Of a DNA stretch of 56,082 nt, positions 53,092 to 56,082 are shown piece by piece. Position 1 is the stretch's first letter; every line of letters starts with the position of its first letter. This DNA comes from Eubacteriales bacterium (GTDB lineage: Bacteria > Bacillota > Clostridia > Oscillospirales > CAG-272): contig JAZTZC010000470.1 in assembly GCA_045637265.1 (NCBI GenBank), forward strand, positions 1-56,082. Direction: 5' to 3'. Under the pieces are notes generated by a model. That model had not been told where the DNA came from, did not search any database, and was given only the letters and a program-made list of their open reading frames with translations. The position numbers and the translations under genes are program-made.

Positions 53092-54240
53092 ATGAAACTG
53101 GACCTTGATCTCGAACAATTCTGGCGTGACGAAGATGACGCGCATAAAGATAACTGCTTTTCCCCCGACGCAAAGCAGGTCGCACTCGGCATCCGTATGA
53201 GCGATGAATGTGTCTTTGCGGAGCTTGGTGAGGAAGGACAGCCGTGGGGCTATACCGATCCCGTCAGACGATACGATCTCAACTGCCGCTACAATGAAAA
53301 GGCGCGCAAGATCGTCGGTCGGACATTGCTTGCAGAAAACAAGCCGACCGAAGTACCCAAAGTGACGATTCCCGGCTACCGTCAGATCGGTGAGGTCTTC
53401 GGCGGTAAATATGAGTTTGATGGCAATACAACATGGCTGCGCGGTACCATGGCGGATGAAGACGACCTTTCAAAGCAGCTGGATTGGGTTGAAGGGCTGA
53501 TCGCCGATGCGGATGCGTTCCGCGCGTTCGTTCTGCCGGGCGACTGGGATGAGCGCTGCCGTCAGGTCTATGAAACCTACGGACGCCGCCCGGGACAGTT
53601 CATGGGCATCCGCGGTCCCGTGACACTTGCAACTTCGGTTTATGGTACAGAAAATTTACTGTATCTCTATTATGACAACGAAGGACTGTTCCGCCGCTTT
53701 GCCGACGCGATCACAGGCGTTCTGCATGCGTATATTTCGTTGTTTATTGCAGAATCGGGTCGCAATGAGTCGAATTTCATTCACGGATTTTCGTTCTCCG
53801 ACGACGACTCCAATCTGATGACACCCGAGATGTACCATGCCTTCGGTTATCAGATTCTGAAAAGCGTATTTGAACGTGTTGCACCGAATCCCGGCGATAA
53901 CCGCTATCAGCATTCCGACTCGGCAATGGGGCATCTGATTCCCCAGCTTGCCGATTTCAATCTGACGGGATGCAACTTCGGTCCGACCGTGACGGTTGAT
54001 GAAATCCGCCGCCAGATGCCGAACACACGCATCGACGGACAGCTTGCTCCCTTTACCTTCATGCGCAACAACGAGGACGATATCATCGCCGAGGTCAAGC
54101 GCGACTGCGAGCAGATCAAAGCGCTCGGAGCACGCGGATTGAATCTTGCGACGGCAGGCTCGATCAACAACGGTTCGCTTCTGACCAGTATGCGCGTGGT
54201 TATGGCGGCAATCCAGAACTTCGGACGATATGACACATAA
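53092..54240 (+). CDS. Uroporphyrinogen decarboxylase (URO-D) family protein
   Basis: 382 aa. Overall resemblance to URO-D/MtaA-like TIM-barrel proteins common in gut Clostridia. RBS GGAGG. The functional call is moderate. Confidence 0.65.
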   Translation: MKLDLDLEQFWRDEDDAHKDNCFSPDAKQVALGIRMSDECVFAELGEEGQPWGYTDPVRRYDLNCRYNEKARKIVGRTLLAENKPTEVPKVTIPGYRQIGEVFGGKYEFDGNTTWLRGTMADEDDLSKQLDWVEGLIADADAFRAFVLPGDWDERCRQVYETYGRRPGQFMGIRGPVTLATSVYGTENLLYLYYDNEGLFRRFADAITGVLHAYISLFIAESGRNESNFIHGFSFSDDDSNLMTPEMYHAFGYQILKSVFERVAPNPGDNRYQHSDSAMGHLIPQLADFNLTGCNFGPTVTVDEIRRQMPNTRIDGQLAPFTFMRNNEDDIIAEVKRDCEQIKALGARGLNLATAGSINNGSLLTSMRVVMAAIQNFGRYDT

Positions 54241-54259
54241 TGTGGAGGATATAATCAAT

Positions 54260-55063
54260 ATGAAGAAAATCATTGCAACCGATTATGACGGTACCCTGAC
54301 CATTGACGGTATTCCGCCGCGCGTAATCGAAGCCATCGAAAAATTCCGCGCGGAGGGCAACCTGTTCGGTGTTGTCACGGGACGCGATAAGATCGGCAGC
54401 TACAAGGCATTCGCAAAGGATAAGCGTTTCGGTTTTGACTTTATTCTGGCACTGAACGGCGCGCTTGCCATGGATGCCGACGGCAATACGCTGTATGAAT
54501 TTCCCATTCGCGGCGATCAGCCGTATGGGGATACCACCCTTGCGCGTGCGTTGGTCTACCGTATCTGTGAGCTGACCGGACAGTTCTGCGGTATCGCCTT
54601 CGGTGACACGCGCATGGATATTCACCCCGATTATCCGAACGGCGGCAAAAAGCTATGGGTCGATCTGACACCGTTTGAAGATATTGAGCGAGACGTATTT
54701 GCCAAAATGAATACCTTCTCCATGCTCAATACGGCATGTGAGAACGAAGCGGAATGTACGCGCGTGACCGCAAAGCTGCTCGAGGAGTTCGGCGATTATG
54801 TTTTCCCGCAGCAGAACGGAACCTGTATCGACATTCCTGTGCGCGGTATGGACAAAGGTGAGGGCATTGCCAAATTTGCCGCTCTGATGGGCGTTGATGA
54901 GGACAATATCTTCACCGCCGGCGACAATTATAACGATCTGCCGATGCTCCGCCGTTACCACGGATGCGCGATGGCGTCGGGTGTGCAGGCGGCAAAGGAT
55001 GTCTCCGAATTCATCTGCCGCGATATCGCCGAGGTCGTTGAAATCGCGATGAAGAAACAGTAA
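54260..55063 (+). CDS. Cof-type HAD-IIB family hydrolase
   Basis: Motif I is ATDYDGTL. Motif IV is GDNYNDLPML. I chose the start at MKKIIATD (54260). Confidence 0.88.
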   Translation: MKKIIATDYDGTLTIDGIPPRVIEAIEKFRAEGNLFGVVTGRDKIGSYKAFAKDKRFGFDFILALNGALAMDADGNTLYEFPIRGDQPYGDTTLARALVYRICELTGQFCGIAFGDTRMDIHPDYPNGGKKLWVDLTPFEDIERDVFAKMNTFSMLNTACENEAECTRVTAKLLEEFGDYVFPQQNGTCIDIPVRGMDKGEGIAKFAALMGVDEDNIFTAGDNYNDLPMLRRYHGCAMASGVQAAKDVSEFICRDIAEVVEIAMKKQ

Positions 55064-55096
55064 TGTCATTATCCATTCCAAGAAAGGACAATATAT

Positions 55097-55993
55097 ATGA
55101 AACCCATTCTTTTTCTGATGCTCGCCATTCTGATGAGCGGCATCTATTCCATCGGTCTGAAGCCCGCAAACAGCCGCTGTAAATCGCTTGCCGAGCTGCA
55201 GCTGTTCAATGCTTGTTTTTCCGCATCCGCTATGGTCGGCGCACTTGTTTCCGCGCTGATCACAACGGGCAATCTGTATATTCCGCTCTCGGGTCTTCTG
55301 ACGGCGGCTCTGTTCGGCTGCTTTTTCTCCATCTGCGTCTTTACCAATCTGAAAGCGCTGGAGGACGGTCCGCTGTCTCTGACGACGCTGATTGTCAATT
55401 TCAGTCTGATTTTCCCACTGATCTATTCGTTCTGCTTCCTCGGTGAGCCGATCACCCCCGTGCGTATTGCCGGTATCCTGCTCCTTGTTGTCTGTATGTT
55501 CCTGTTTACCAACCCGAAGGTCACCGGCGAGAAGAAGATTTCGCTGAAATGGATCGCACTTTCCGTCGCATCGTGTCTGTGCAACGGTCTCCTGTCGGTC
55601 GTGTCCAAGATTTATGCGATGGCATCGGAAAATGCGTATGCGTCGCAGTACCTCGTTTACTGTTATCTGTTTGCAACGCTTACCTCATTGATTCTGTTTA
55701 CAGTTCTGCGCTCAAAACAGAAGAAGGAAGACCGCATTGCAATGCGTGATTTCTTTGCACCGATCATGATCGTTCTCTTTGTGCTGATCGGTTTTGCAAA
55801 CTTCGGTCTGAATCTGATGGTCGTCCTGCTGGCAACACTGATGGATGGCGCGATTGTCTATCCCGCAGTCCAGGGCGGCGGTCCCATGATCGCGATCATC
55901 GGCTCCCGTCTCATCTTCGGTGAGCAGATTTCGTGGAAGAAGTGGATTGCCATTCTGCTCGGCGTTGCGGCGATTGTGATGCTGAATTTGTAA
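55097..55993 (+). CDS. EamA/DMT superfamily transporter
   Basis: 298 aa with about 10 TM helices. Two-fold internal repeat typical of DMT permeases. RBS GAAAGGA. Confidence 0.8.
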   Translation: MKPILFLMLAILMSGIYSIGLKPANSRCKSLAELQLFNACFSASAMVGALVSALITTGNLYIPLSGLLTAALFGCFFSICVFTNLKALEDGPLSLTTLIVNFSLIFPLIYSFCFLGEPITPVRIAGILLLVVCMFLFTNPKVTGEKKISLKWIALSVASCLCNGLLSVVSKIYAMASENAYASQYLVYCYLFATLTSLILFTVLRSKQKKEDRIAMRDFFAPIMIVLFVLIGFANFGLNLMVVLLATLMDGAIVYPAVQGGGPMIAIIGSRLIFGEQISWKKWIAILLGVAAIVMLNL

Positions 55994-56011
55994 TGAAACA
56001 ATAGAATGACA

Positions 56012-56050
56012 AGGAGCACTCCTATGCCAATCAGCAAAAGGAGTGCTCCT
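56012..56050 (+). terminator. 12-bp perfect hairpin after the transporter gene (no U-tract)
   Basis: aggagcactcct-15 nt-aggagtgctcct. Confidence 0.45.
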
Positions 56051-56082
56051 GGGGTGCGGTCCAATAAAACAGTATAATAATG

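Noticed and set aside
1-56082. Search for rRNA, tRNA, tmRNA, RNase P, CRISPR arrays, integrases and restriction-modification or other classical defence operons
   Set aside because: I saw no cloverleaf-like or rRNA-like segments, no spaced repeats, and no ORFs with such signatures. Absence is by eye only, and tRNAscan/Infernal/PADLOC should confirm it.

Overview
This is a chromosomal segment from a moderately GC-rich Gram-positive anaerobe. I infer Bacillota, class Clostridia, probably Oscillospiraceae/Ruminococcaceae-like, from AAGGAGG-type RBSs, many perfect TTGACA-N17-TATAAT promoters, and the yceD-rpmF and der-plsY synteny. About 45 genes can be supported. Housekeeping genes: nrdR, yceD-like/rpmF, DUF512, der, plsY, THUMP methyltransferase, mfd, pth, pepF, argG, argH, an aconitase-family hydratase. 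Carbohydrate-related genes: Gfo/Idh/MocA oxidoreductase, DUF5107, sugar-phosphate isomerase, a GH127-like protein, three tandem solute-binding lipoproteins. Accessory content: (i) the right end of an IS3-family element, followed by a homopyrimidine tract and a helically phased iteron-like repeat array (1-900); (ii) a heavily deleted siphovirus-type prophage remnant (about 7.65-12.14 kb) with an in-frame terminase::tape-measure fusion ORF; (iii) two families of GTAG-headed REP-like palindromes, one organised as about 135-bp REPIN/MITE-like doublets with a conserved core (three copies plus a solo end); (iv) a barnase/barstar pair; (v) a low-GC islet (about 51.9-53.05 kb) carrying a NUDT2-like Nudix hydrolase and what I consider the best candidate for an undescribed system. 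That candidate is a type I toxin-antitoxin-like module: a 29-aa hydrophobic peptide with an SD-sequestering leader, convergent with an 86-nt sRNA, both driven by perfect consensus promoters. No rRNA, tRNA or CRISPR array was seen. All homology calls come from reading the translations against remembered family signatures, not from database searches.
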